Shown one piece after another: positions 16,076 through 29,520 of a stretch of DNA of 64,000 nucleotides (position 1 is the stretch's first letter; each line of letters opens with the position of its first letter). The notes beneath the pieces are model-generated. The model did not search any database, was not told where the DNA came from, and worked only from the letters and a program-made list of their open reading frames with translations. Made by a program: the position numbers and the translations under genes. This DNA comes from the human T2T-CHM13v2.0 reference genome, Homo sapiens, in the NCBI RefSeq assembly GCF_009914755.1, contig NC_060932.1; one strand, 5' to 3'.

Positions 16076-16868
16076 AATGAGATACCACTTCACACCCATT
16101 AGCATGGCTGTCATTTAAAAAATAATAATAATAATAACAAGTGTTGGCAAGGATGTAGAGAAACTGGAATGCTCATACTTTATTGGTAGCAAAGTAAAAT
16201 GATGCAGCTATTGTGAAAAACAGTTTGGACATTCTTCAAAAAGTTAAACATAGGTTGCCAAATGGCCCAAAAATTCCACTCTTACGTCTGGCCCCCAGAT
16301 AATTGAAAACATATATTCACACAAGAACTTGTCCGCCAATGTTCACAGCAACATTATTCGAGATAGCCAAATACTAAAAACAACCCAATAGTAAAAAGAA
16401 CCCAAATGTCCACCAACTGATGATGGATAAATAAAATGTCAAAATATGGTATGTCAATAAAATGGATTATTATTCAGCCATAAAAGTAATGGAATACTGA
16501 TACATGCTGCAACATAGATGAACCATGAACACCATGCTAAGCAAAAGAAGCCAGATGCCAATGACCAGCACCACCTATTACATGATTCTATTGACGTGAA
16601 AGGTCCAGAATAGACAAATCCATAGACAAAAAGTGAACTAGTAATTGCCAAGGACAGGGGGAAGAGGAGAATGAGGAGTGAGTGCTAAAGGGTATGGAGT
16701 TTCTTTTGGGGATAATAAAAATGTTCTGTAATTAGACAGTGGTGATGGCCACACAATTTTGTGAATATACTAATAACCACTGAATTGTATAATTATAAAA
16801 TGGAGAACTCTACAGTATGTGAATTAGATCTCACTAAACAATTAATAATCTTTTTTTTAAAAAAAAAG
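16076..16868 (+). mobile_element. L1MB-type 3' end
   Basis: AATGAGATACCACTTCACACCCATTAG...CAAGTGTTGGCAAGGATGTAGAGAAACTGGAA...AATATACTAATAACCACTGAATTGTA. Confidence 0.88.
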
Positions 16869-17320
16869 AAAATGCAAATACCTGGGCTGCTTAAGGCTTC
16901 AATGCACAATCTCCTGAACTCACAGATTGGTGTCACCATAAATTAACAGTCTTCCACCTTTAACTGGGTACCCAACCAGCCTCCCACATTTCTCAGTCTG
17001 CTCTGTCTCATTCTCTTTCTTAATGGTCAGTACCCATTTTATTACCTACTTTATTCAAATCTCCAAGCCCACCACTTCTCACTGTCAACAACAGCATCAT
17101 TCAAAGAAGAAAACTTCCCCAACATCCCATCACCAAACCTATGAACGTCAGTTCTGCACAATCCCCTCCTCCTACCCTCCCATTACAGGTAAAAGCTGTT
17201 TCCCCTCCTCTTTCAGGCTAACCCCTGTGCCCTTTATCCCAGTCTGCCATAGATCCTCCCTTCCCCCTTCTTTTAGATCTCCCAAATCAACTTTTCGCTC
17301 AGCATTTAAACACACACCTC

Positions 17321-17321
<1 letters not shown>

Positions 17322-17362
<41 letters not shown>
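17322..17362 (+). repeat. Poly-A homopolymer (A41)
   Basis: Uninterrupted run counted directly. Confidence 0.97.
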
Positions 17363-17364
<2 letters not shown>

Positions 17365-17481
17365 AGACCTGTCTTCACCAAAGCCATGCCTCCCCAGCCC
17401 AGGTAGGGCTCCACCCTCTGCTTCCTCCTGAAGGGGCAGCCTATAAGCACCATATCCTGTCTCCACCTCCTGTCTTCCAGC

Positions 17482-17870
17482 ACATTCACTCAACAAATTA
17501 TTTAGTGAGCACCTACAGGGGGAAGACACAGTTCTCTACCCTGAGGATAAAACCATGAACAAGACTGACAAGCCCTACGCTCTTGGAGGATACCTGTGAG
17601 GTGATGGAGCTGCAGACAGAGAATATGCAAGGAGCCAACAGAAGTCACTGCAGGGGTGACACTGTTATGGACCAGCAGGGGTAAGGAGCCATGTTAGACG
17701 GGGTGGTCAGGAATGACCTCTCCTGAAAAGGAGACAACTGAGCCCAGACCCCCTGAGTCAAAGAAGGCAGCCATAAAAGTTCAAGGGTGAGAGCTCTTCA
17801 GACAAGGAATGGCTGCAGCAATGGGCCTTGAGGTCACCATGAGCTTGACAAGTTTGAGAAAGAGAAAAAC
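17482..17870 (-). mobile_element. L2 3' end
   Basis: CATTCACTCAACAAATTATTTAGTGAGCACCTAC (antisense L2 terminus) followed by L2 body. Confidence 0.75.
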
Positions 17871-18059
17871 TTCTCCAACCCCACCCCTGCAGGGCTCAGA
17901 AAGCCATGGCTATCATGTTCCCATAGGTCTCTGTGTTTTTCTCTGTCGTGGAATTTATATCACTACATTAGAGTTGCATATTTAATTGAATGTCTTCCCT
18001 AATATAAGTTTTACAAGACAGGGAGCTTAGCACATAGTAGGTGCTCAAGAAATATCCTT

Positions 18060-18495
18060 TCATGAGTATTCCATGTAATCACAGCATCTGACCATAATGA
18101 CTCTTGCCTTTTTCCAGTATTTGTATTTCTTATTTCTTTATATTGTTTAATGGCATTAGCTACAATTTCCAAAACAAGGTTGAAGAACTGTGACTGTGGC
18201 AGGCATTTTTAACTGGCCGTGACTTTAGTAAGAATGTTAACAGCTTTTCCTAGAAATTCTCTATTATGTGAGAGAGGTAGCCTTCTATATCTCATTTACC
18301 AACAGCTTTTATTTCTTTATTTTTAAGAAAAAGTAGGTGTTGAATCAAACCAAATGGCTTTTGCATATCTATCAAGATGGTCAGTCTCTTTTCTAATGAA
18401 TTAATAGACTGTATTACACTACTAGCTTTCCTAAGAACTATTCTTTTGTTTCTGGAATAAACCCTACGTGATTGTGGTGAGTTGCTCTTTTAAAA
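18060..18495 (-). mobile_element. Old L1M fragment
   Basis: Antisense L1 ORF2 motifs (GGTGTTGAATC...TTTGCATATCTATCAAGATG...CTGGAATAAACCCTAC). Confidence 0.6.
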
Positions 18496-19927
18496 TAAGG
18501 AGACAGCGCAGGACTGTGGATAAAAGCTGGGACTTGGGTGTCAGAGGTGACTACAAAATTAGAGAACAAAGACTATCTATTAGGATTAACAAATGGAATT
18601 TAAAACTAAGTCAAAAAAAAAACTGAGTCTTAAAAAGAAAAATAAAGAAGACAAACTTCTGGTAAATAAATCTCACCAAGAGCAGCCACAAAAACCCAAC
18701 ATCAGGAAGAAGCGCCTATGACCTCAGCTGCTGCAAGGACCAGCTGGTCCCCACTTGAGTGTCACCATCCTCCTCCGTTAATGACAGAATGTAAGCCTCA
18801 CAGGGCAGTTGTGTGAGACCTACATGAGACAGCGTGTGTGACCATCTCACAGCACATAGCATGCTACCAGCTACCCAGGTGAACCAAAAGAAGTTCTCTC
18901 TAAAAACTGATATTCAATCTGCTAATATTTCCTTTAGGCTTTTGACTGCTCTTCTCATGCAATACTAGCCCAATAACATGAACAAGAACATTCCCATTCC
19001 TTCTATTTTCTGAAAGATCTCAAAATACCTAGGCATTCATATATTTTGCCTTTAAACCACTTGGAAATAAATGTGTTAACGCTATATAAGAAAAAGTCCC
19101 CAAAAAGGCCTGTCTGATGGTCCCTCCCTATGATAATTCCCTTACTGCAGGAGTGAAGAAGGGAAAAGATCGACAAATCATAAATGGAGTTAACCTGGGA
19201 ATCTATTTTATCTGCCTCAAGAACCTAGCATCCTATTGTTTTGGCTTTCACAAACAAGACAAGAATAAGTGGCCCCAAGAGAGAGAAGACGCAGTGGTGT
19301 AGCATCTCAATGAGGGAGGGGGCAAGGGTGGAGGTTTGACTGAATGGAATGATTTATGTTCACAGACCACATAAGTGCTCTGGAGACCCGAACTTGTCAT
19401 CCAGCACCCTGTTTGACATCATTCTCCACACATTCATGGACTGCCATCACCCAGCCATGTAATGGGTACCAAGAAATGACCAAAGCCAGGTCCAAATGAT
19501 CAAAGTTGATCCACCCCGTCCCTGGATAACACGGAAACCCTTTTGTCCTACTGGGAGACTAAGATGCTACACTTGGTCAAATCAAGCACACAGGAAGTTC
19601 TGACACTTCCTTGACCTCCAACTAGGTCAGTAATGGTTCCACACTTGTCAGACAGAACCTACATAAAAATGTGACTTTCCTTTTTGCATCCCACTCCACA
19701 ATAAAGAAATTGCTAGACTGGAGATGGTTAGGAGAAAAACCATGTAACTGAACCATGTCCTGTCTGATTGGTGGAATACAGAAGGGTCATTTTTGAAATA
19801 TGTGAAAGGCTGCCACGTGTCGAAATTAGATTTTGTGCTGTATGACCCCAAAAGGTTAAAGGAGAAGCCACAGATGAAAGTAATGGATAGAAAGATCGCA
19901 GCACCACAACTCAACAGAATAACTTAC

Positions 19928-20003
19928 CAAAGACAGCACAGGTCAGCCAGCCTGGGAGAAAGCGCGATCACTACTGTGAAAATCAAGACATTTGACACAG
20001 ATC
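19928..20003 (-). other. Candidate 76-nt internal exon of a minus-strand host gene
   Basis: Minus strand: acceptor cttctctgatccttcatctccttggcag|GAT with a branch-like ctgat; donor TTG|GTAAGT; unique sequence retaining CpGs (ATCGCGC). Confidence 0.65.
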
Positions 20004-21013
20004 CTGCCAAGGAGATGAAGGATCAGAGAAGTGATTTTCTAGGTAATATTTAACTCATCCTCCAAATATGAGAGTCTGTGAAAAAGTACAGAAAACAATG
20101 AAAGAAAATCTTCAAAGGCACTTGCCAGACAATGACACAAATAGGAAGCGGTGGTCTTGTTTGCACTGTTTCTCCTAACTTAAATCATGCACCCCACTTC
20201 CAGCCAGCAGTGAGGCTGACTCAGTGGAGTCTCCTTTGGCCCCTGACAACCATGATATGCATCTTAGTGGGTAACAAAATGGGAGGGAGGCTGGAGAACA
20301 AGCCACAAATCTGGATAATCCACACTCTTGAAAATATCCAGAAATAATAAAGAATGGGGCAAAATAAAACCACCAAAGAAAACCTGCTCCAGTTATATGA
20401 ACAAAACATCCACTGAAACAGTCCAAACCTTTCTTGTTTCAAACCCAGCTTCACAAAGATATTAATTAATTAAATGTGATGGTGTTAGCGTGGACAAAGA
20501 ATCCAGATGTGGGCCTTGTGGAAGTCTGTGTCAGAACGCTGGGCAGAGGCTCAGTGAATGTCTGTGTGGGGCATGAACTGTGGCTGCAATCAGAGTGGCC
20601 TCCCATCCGAGAGCCAAGGACGGACTGAAATCTGGGATGTGGGGAACAAGAGGTGATACAGCCTACTAAGGGTGAACTTGCTAATTATGACGAAACTTTA
20701 CATATGTGGAAACCAAAAACTGTGGCAACTGATCTTTCACAGACTAGCGGTGTTAAAACCCAGAGCCTAAGGCCATATTCAGACTGGTTTTGGACCACTG
20801 CGTGGTATCACTTGATCACTGTCCTGAACAGTTCAACAAACTGTGAAAAAAAGACATCAAACAACCATCATGAAATGAATGACTTCATCTCCTCATTAAA
20901 ATGCTTCATCATATAAACTAAACTACTATCAGAAATAAAGTTTCTTCAAAAACAGTGTGATATAGTTTCAAAACACTTAAATTCCAATGCTAAAAATACA
21001 TCATAAGAAAAAA

Positions 21014-21369
<356 letters not shown>

Positions 21370-23671
21370 CTAATATTGATTTAAAACACATTAAAATTAA
21401 GCACTAGGTAAAAAAGGGTTAAAACAGATTTAGCATATGATGTCAAATATGGTTCCTGAGCCAAAGTGCTTTTTTTAAAGGCAGGCACTATATGCATTTT
21501 ATCTCCTGGACTTAATTTGTGTTTTGCTATGCTCAACAATTTTAATGCCAAGAGGAAGAAACTAAGTGAGAAAGGGAATGCGCTGGCCAGAACCTAGAGA
21601 GTTGATCTAATTGAACTGAAAAACTTAAAACCCTTCTCCATCTGTTCAGTACACCTGCTGATGGAGCACTAGCCCAGGTAGGGAGGAAATCCATCAGAGG
21701 CCAGTTATAAATAGACTTTTATTTCATCTGCTAAGAGCTTGGCAGCTGAGGTGGGAGGGCTGCCTACATTGGCAGCCAGGCAGAAGCTCTGGGCTGCTTT
21801 TATGTTGAGGTAAAAGGAGTGGAGAGACAGAGAACTAAAAAAAAAAAATTTCCCAACAACTCATTTGACAACCAACCACCAGTCATTAGTTTGTTTAAAA
21901 CGTGCCAGGCATTTCTGATAAGTGCTAGAGACCTGCAAAGATCCATCACACCCCCTCGTGAGGACTGCACAGAATCTAATGGGAAACAGCCTCGCCAATT
22001 GCTCACAGGCCAAAGTTTCTACGTGCAAACTTCCTCGGGGTGTTTATAAAATGAATCAAGAGAAGAGGGCATGAATAATATGACAGTGCCTTAACTTTCT
22101 GAGGATGGGGTCAATGTAAACTCTAAATGTACCAAAATATAAATCAGGAAAAAAAAGTCTTTGTGGAAGAGAGGAACCAGCAGTTCTAATCCACAGACTA
22201 TCGCAAGGACTGTAACTGGCAGGTGACATTCAGGCTCCTCCTTCTAGGTGCAAGTCAGTGGGAGTCACTCCTCTTCACATCCCATCAGCCACTAGGGTGG
22301 TACCTCCCACCTAATGAGGGCTCAACAAACAGGAGTTAATGTGAATGAATCAACAGCCAGGGAAATCATGAAAGGATCTTGCCCTGTGAGTGAAAATGGA
22401 ACCAATGGGTATCTCCAGGAAGGCCTGATGTGAATGTTTGCAACAGAGACTTAAGAACAAACGTCAGAGATTATATGTCCAAATAGAACCACTGAGAACG
22501 GGGGTGTAAAGGAGAAAAAATTTATATTTCTCTCACTTGCAGAAGTCTGGGCTAAGGGAGGCCTCCCTCATACCCTTCAGGAACATTAAGTATATTATCA
22601 AGAAGACAACGACCCCTATATTCTGTCACCACCAAGGACAACAAAAGAAATGGGAGTGATTGGTGGGAAGGGACAGCTGGGTTAAATATGAGGAAGAATT
22701 TCCTGACAGCAAAGGTCATTAAACACTGTAAAGGCAAACTAAAGGAGATTAGGGATGCTCTCTCTGGAGGTCTTTAAAAAGTAGAATCACTTAGCAATAT
22801 CCGGGGATAATTTAGGTACAGTTCTGCCCACTCCTCTGGCCTTTTTCAGTGCTCTAATTCATCCCCTGGCCCGGACAAGACAGGCTCACCACGGTAAACT
22901 ACTGTCACACTCTGTTCCATAACAAGCTCTCAGAAGGAGAATAAGCATTAAGAAAATGACGAAAGCTCTCTTGGAAGTAAAACTCATTTTTCTTTATTTA
23001 AACAGCATGTTGGGTTTTTGTGGTTTTCTTTTGCTTCTTTTTCCTTTTTTAAAAATGCTTACATACAGAAATAGCTAAACAAAACTCAACTACACTGATC
23101 TGTTATTGAAAAGCATTAGAAGGAATCCAGGTGGAAGATGAAACAGGAATGTTCTGAGTCAGAGACGCACAGAATATCTCATTATGGACCTCTTTGCTAG
23201 GCACTGAGTACGAGTACCACAAGGACTGCTGCCCAGAGATTCTACCATCTATTTCTCAGGAGGTCAGAAAAGGAGATTTTCATCGGTTTGGTTACAAGGA
23301 GGCAAACTAAATGACCTCTAAGACACTAAAACTCTAGAGTGTTTATTTTTCAGAGTGCTATACTTAAGTGTTAAATTAAAAAAAAAAACACTCATGAAAC
23401 TCTCATATTCTGAAAGATCCATGTTCTCTAAAAAATGTGAATTTTGATTCTCCCTCTGAGTTGCAGAGGGACAAGAAGGTGAGGAAAAGCAGGATCCTTT
23501 CTCCTCTCCTAACAGTCACTGCGCTTGGCCACATTTACTGATCTGTAGTCCTTCACCACTGTATCATCAGCTGGGTGATGGCAGCGGTTATCTGTGTTCT
23601 ATCCATGATGTGGCCTCATCACTCAGCACTGAGGGACTCAGAGACTAAATGAATAATGGGCTGACAGCTGC

Positions 23672-23845
23672 ATGGATGGACGGATGGGGTAGATGGTTGC
23701 GTAGGTGGGTGGGAAGGTGGATAGATGGGGTAGGTGAATGGGTAGGTGGGTAGAGGGGTAGGCGGGTGGAGGGAAGGGGTAGGTGGGTAGGTGCGTGGGT
23801 AGTTAGGTGGGTGGGTGTGTGAGTGGGTAGGTAGGTGGGTGGGTA
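23672..23845 (+). repeat. (GGGT/GGTA/GGAT)n G-rich simple repeat
   Basis: Degenerate tetranucleotide array with many GGG runs. Confidence 0.9.
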
Positions 23846-23984
23846 GCAGACAGAAGGAATGACCTAGGGACACATTCCCAAGGGTGTATGGAGAGGCTAC
23901 CATAAAAGCACCAACTTACTATATTCTCCTGGTGGTCCCATGACAGAGTGAACAAATGTGAAATCACAAGAAGCACAACAAATC

Positions 23985-24075
23985 TGGAAGCAGAGGACTT
24001 GATTTAAACTCTAGCATTGCTACTAACAAGCCCAGGCACTTCACTTCTCTGGGCCTCTATTTCCTCACCTGAAAC
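23985..24075 (+). mobile_element. MIR fragment
   Basis: MIR core CACTTCTCTGGGCCTCTATTTCCTCACCTGAAA. Confidence 0.7.
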
Positions 24076-25773
24076 GTGTGTGGTGTGTGTGTCTGCCAGT
24101 CTCTCTCACAGAGTTGCACTGACTTAGATAACCTAGAGAAAACAGGGTTTGTAATTAAACAACAGTCATTATTTTCATATACTCTTTATTGAAGTTTTCC
24201 TTAAAACTTTTAAACAGTAGAGGAATGGTGCAGAGACGGTGACTGGAGCCAAATGCTGATTCCAGGTAAGAATTCAGTAAGTGGAGAAAGAAGGAAATAT
24301 CAAAGCTAGCCAATGAGAGGACATTTCACTGGTTCCTATATGCTGAAGGGAGGCTCACTCCCTGCAGTAAATGGCAAACGAGTACAATAAGGCCAACTGG
24401 AATTGACTGAGCAAAGCGTATGGCCACTGTCCTTAAGAAAGTCAAGTCTGTGAGAACCATACCTCAAGGTCTGACTTCCACGTTTGGGTTTGCAAGCCCA
24501 CTCTTCCCTCAGCTGTTAATATCTGCCCAGAACCTCACCTATGACTGTGGCAAACCATCAGCAGACACGCAGTGGTGCCAAATGTTTGAACAACCAAGGA
24601 GGGTTCCTATAGGATTGTGGAAAGAGTATCCTTTCCGATTCCAATTTTAAAACAGATGTATAATTACTAAAGCAATTTCATATACATGGTTACTAGCAGG
24701 GAAAGAGGGAGTGCTGCCTAAAATACTCCACAGCCGCCTGGTCCTCCTGGTTTCTATATCTTCTGTGTGTTCTTTTGTTTTGCAAAGTGATTTGGAAGAT
24801 TAGGTGGGTTTTGTTTAGACGGGACAGCATGAGCAAAGTCGGTGAATAAGTGCTACTTGATTGCACAACAAAAGATACACAAGGAGCCTCAGCCACAACT
24901 CAATCCACTTGCCCCAACAGTGTGCATTTCTCAATTAAGTTATTTTGTTAGCAAGACTACTGGTTAGGGGAAGGAGAAAGTGCTTATTGCACCGAGATTA
25001 TTCACTGTATAGAAAGCACTATAATCAGATCAACAGAACATTCTTTCTAAGGGCCCTAGAACTCCTATTTGGTAACATTGCAGATGCAATGGGAATGTGC
25101 CTACATTATCGGTGTGCTATAGCAGTCCCTGCAAATAATAGAGTAAAACTCCACAATACTCTTTAATTCAATGATGGATGCCTGGGGACTAAGAATCTGC
25201 CTGACATTTCAAGTTGACCAAAAGTTTACATGGAAAATGAGAAACTTTTTCCTCTAGATGTTAATTAAGGAGATAAAATTCTGATGCATTCTAAGAAATT
25301 AGTCCCATTAGCCCTCTCTGCCTCATCGGAAAGCATGGATTGTAAGCATGTATTATTACTAAAATCACTTCTGAAAATGAAAAATGAAAACATTCCAATT
25401 TTTCAAACATATTCCATAGTTAATTTCCAAAGTTGCCATAAGGAAAATGAGAAAAAAAAAGATTGAGAAGGTATCTTCGATGAGCATAACAAAGGATTAG
25501 TTAATATGATACAAATTAGCAAGAATAAAACAACTCAAAAGAATACTGTGCAAAGCATATGAATACAGAATGCACAGAAAAGGAAATCTAAATTACCAAT
25601 ATTAAAAGATGTTCAATCTCACTAAGTAATCAGCTATACCAATAAACGTAACAGCAAAATATTCCTTGCCCATGAGATTGACAAGAATTTTAAAGTCTGG
25701 TACTACCAACTGTTGGTGAAGATACAGTGAGACAAGAACATTGATACTCTAGCACAGGAATATAAATGGGTAC

Positions 25774-26381
25774 TGGAAACCAAAAATAAAATTCTAAGCC
25801 CCTCTCAACCATCTGAATGGACCTCTCCTCTTGGCCAAGGGCATTCCAAAGTCAACCTGAAAACCCAGTTCAGGCTATGATGTGAAGGGGGGTTGGACAT
25901 GCCTCATTATATCCGTCTCCCTTTTGGAATTCAGGAAAAGCAGGCCAGCATTAATATCAACACAGACCTTAAGTCTGATAAGAAACATTTACAATCTATT
26001 CTCTCTGAAACCTGCTACCAGGAGGCTTCAACTGCATGATAAAACCTTGGTCTCCACAACCCCTTAGCATAACCCAGCCATTCCTTCTTATTGAGGATAA
26101 TTCTTTCAACCAGTCGCCAATCAAAATTTTTATATCTACCTATGACCTAGAAGCCCCTGATTCAAGTTGTCCTGCCCTTCCAGATCAAACCAGTGTACAT
26201 CTTACAGGTATTGAATGATGTGTTTTACGTCTCCCTAAAAGGTATAAAACCAAGCTGTACCCCCATCACCCTGGGCACATGTCAGGACCTCCTGAGGCTG
26301 TGTCACAGATGCATCCTTAACCTTGGCAAAATAAACTTTCTAAATTGATTGAGACCTGTCTCAGATACTTTTGGGTTCACA
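25774..26381 (+). mobile_element. MER4-family ERV1 solo LTR, full length
   Basis: TG...AAACCAAAAATAAAATTCTAAGCCCC start; TATAAAA and AATAAA; GAGACCTGTCTCAGATACTTTTGGGTTCACA end; 4-bp TSD GTAC/TTAC; inserted in an old L1. Confidence 0.9.
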
Positions 26382-27799
26382 TTACAAATACTTGGGAGAA
26401 TGGCGTGGCATTACTGAGTAAAGCTGAAATATTCAGAAACTGGGCTCCATTTCTAAGTCCTCCTCTAGAGATCACCCAGATGTGTAGGAGGGTCATGACA
26501 GCATGGGTAGCACAAAGCAGATCCCTAAACGCCCATCCACAGAAGAATGGCTACGCTAAAATGAGACACTCTACAGCCTCATACCCACATTAGCAATAGA
26601 GATAACGCTCAGAAATATCTAATTTCATTTGCAAAAGGATAGCAACAGTTTAAAATATTTTATCAAAGTTTTTAAACATGTAAAATATATTGTTTATGGC
26701 TACATGTATACGCTGTAATTCCAGAAAAATGTGCATGAAAGTGTTCTACACCAATTTCAGACGTGAGAGAGAGTAAGGCTTTAGTTATATCCTTAATTTT
26801 TTTTTTTAACATCTGAGGAAAATAAATATGGCATTTGTCACTTCTGAATAATGGGTATATGGGTATTCATTCTACTTTATTTAATACTTTGCTATCTATT
26901 TGAAGGTCTTCGATATTTACACAATTTTAAAGCATTTTAAATATATATATATATAAAACAGTCTATTGGAATAAACAGCTGAAAAGCATACAGAATTAGG
27001 TACATTATCTTTATCCATCATCCTCATGTGTCTGGAGAAACTAACTAGATAATTGTCTCCCATGTTTATGATACCTATCAGCTAAATTGCTTTCAGGCAC
27101 ATTATCTCACTTAATATTCTGAACAACCCTTTGATATTGGTATTATGACAGCCACTTCACTTATAGGAAAAGTCAACCTTTAGAGTTTTGGAGATTTTCC
27201 CAAGATTATCCAGTTAGTAAGTGATGCAAAACTGGGATCTCACTGTCAATGCTACAGCACAGATGACCCGTAAGAACCCTGACAATATATTATTCCAAAG
27301 TTACATGCATCATCTTTAAGATCTGTCCTGAAGCTACAGGTTTGAATTCACAAATGAAACAGAATACTTTATCACTGACATTTTTAAAGCCTTCAGTCAA
27401 ATCTGTTTCTTCTGACTATTTTTAATATACTGACCTCTTCTAAAAATAAGTTGCAAAAGTCTGATAAAACCTCGCATGTTAATAACCAAAAAAATGGAAA
27501 TCTTACCCAGGTAGCGTATTCTCTCCTTTTAAAAATAATTTTTCTAAATTAATAAAGTAGAAACTACAATGTCATCTCTTATATTCTTTTATTCAATGTG
27601 CTAGTGGTAAACACATACTAATCTCTGGGTAGCTAGTGATTAAAGAAGGCTCAGTCCCTAATTTGAGAATGTAACTATCATTAAACAAGTTATCAAACAC
27701 AAGTAGCACCAACAACATAAGCTAAATTTAAGGAATACAGAGCTGAGACACTGTCCAGGTTACTGCACCCAGTACAAAACTAACAATAAAAATAACAGT

Positions 27800-28736
27800 A
27801 TCAACTATGGGTAGCCTGAATTTCACCCTCACCTACCAATAATAAGGTACCCTCCTACTCCCCCACCTCACAGAAATGAGGGAGTGCCCCCCTTTCCCCT
27901 GCTAGCACAGTGTCAGAGAAGGTTTGTTAACACAGAAGGCTTAAATAAAATCCAGTCTCATAGCATAGTACCCAACATGCCTGGATATAATCAAAATCAT
28001 TTATCATACCAAGAACCAGGAAAACCTCAATTTAAACGAGAAAACACAGTCAAGAGATGCCAACATTGAGATGGCACAGATGTTGGAATTATCTGACAAG
28101 GATTTGAAAGTAGCCATTATAAACATGTTTCCACAAACAACTAAAAATGGGCATGAAACAAATTTTAAAAACAGAAAGTCTCAGTAAAGACATAGCAGAT
28201 AAAATAACCGAAATTAAAACTCACCCAGTGAGCTAAACAGCAGAATGAAGATGACAGAGAAAAGAATAGGTGAATCTGAAGGTAAGAACAATAGAAATTA
28301 TGCAATCTGAATAGTAAAGAGAAAATAGACTTAAAAAATAATCAGTATCAAGCACTGGTAGAACTATAACAAAGTTTTAATATTCACATCCTCCAAGTCT
28401 TGGAAGGAAAGGAGAAAGAGGGCACACCTGGGGAAGTATTCAAAGAAATAATGCCTGACAACTTTCCCAATTTAGCAAAAGACATAAACCTACATATTCA
28501 AGAAGGTGAATGAGCCCCAAACAGGATACACCCAAAGAAATCCACAAAAAGGCACAACATAACACATTCCTTGAAAACTAAGGACACAGCAAGATTTTGA
28601 AAGTAGTGAGAGAAAAAGGACATCTTAGCTGAAGGGCAAAACAATTCAAATGACAGCAGATTTCTCATCAGAAAACACAAAGGCAAAAGAAGGGAGTACA
28701 ACTGAAGTTGCGCTGAAAAAAAAGAAATTGTCAACC
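27800..28736 (+). mobile_element. Old L1M 5'/ORF1 fragment
   Basis: GATGTTGGAATTATCTGACAAGGATTT, GAAATAATGCCTGACAACTTTCCCAATTT, CAGCAGATTTCTCATCAGAAA. Confidence 0.8.
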
Positions 28737-29302
28737 CAGAATTCCACTTTTGGGGATATACTCAAAAGAACTGGAAACAGGAGCTCAAAGAGATATCTGT
28801 GCACTCATGTTCATAGCACCATTATTCACAACAGCCAAAAGGTAGAAGCAACCCAAGTTTCCACTGGCAGATGAATGGAGAAAGAAAATGTGGTCTGTCC
28901 ATACAATAGAGTATTATTCAGCCTCATAAAAGAAGGAAATTCTGACACATGCTAAAACATGTATGAATCCTGAGGACATTATGCTAAGTGAAAGAAGCCA
29001 GTCACAAAAGGACAAACACTGTATGATTCCACTTATATGAGGTACCTGAAGTAGTCAAATTCATAGAGACAGAAAACAGAATCAAGGTTGCCACGATTCT
29101 GTTGCGGGGTTTGGGGAAGGGAAGAATAGAAAGTTATTGTTTATGGGTACAGAATTTTGGTTTTGCAAGATGAAAAGACTTCTGTGGCTTGATGACGGTA
29201 ATGGCAGCATAACAATGTGAATGTACCTGATACCACTTAAAAATGGTTAAGACGGTAAAATATGTTATGCATATTTTATCACAATTTCTAAAAATTAAAA
29301 AA
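28737..29302 (+). mobile_element. L1MB 3' end
   Basis: CATGTTCATAGCACCATTATTCACAACAGCCAAAAGGTAGAAGCAACCC...CACTTAAAAATGGTTAAGA...ATTTTATCACAATT. Confidence 0.88.
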
Positions 29303-29319
29303 ATAATTTTGTAAAACAT

Positions 29320-29520
29320 AAATAATATCTACCATTTATTAAGTATTTACTACATACCAGACACTATGCTAAGAGCTCTGCATGTATTTCCTTATTTCTC
29401 CTCCCAAAATCGTGTGAGGGAAATACCATGATCCCTGTTCTGCAGATGAAGAAATTAGGTTTACATAACTTGGCCAAAGTCCCACAACCAAAAAATTGAG
29501 TCAAAATTCAAACTCAGTTT
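29320..29520 (-). mobile_element. MIR
   Basis: ACCATTTATTAAGTATTTACTACATACCAGACACT...GCAGATGAAGAAATTAGG...ACTTGGCCAAAGTCCCACA. Confidence 0.75.

Noticed and set aside
17023-17529. Poly-Lys / poly-Phe ORFs
   Set aside because: Artefacts of the A41 homopolymer.
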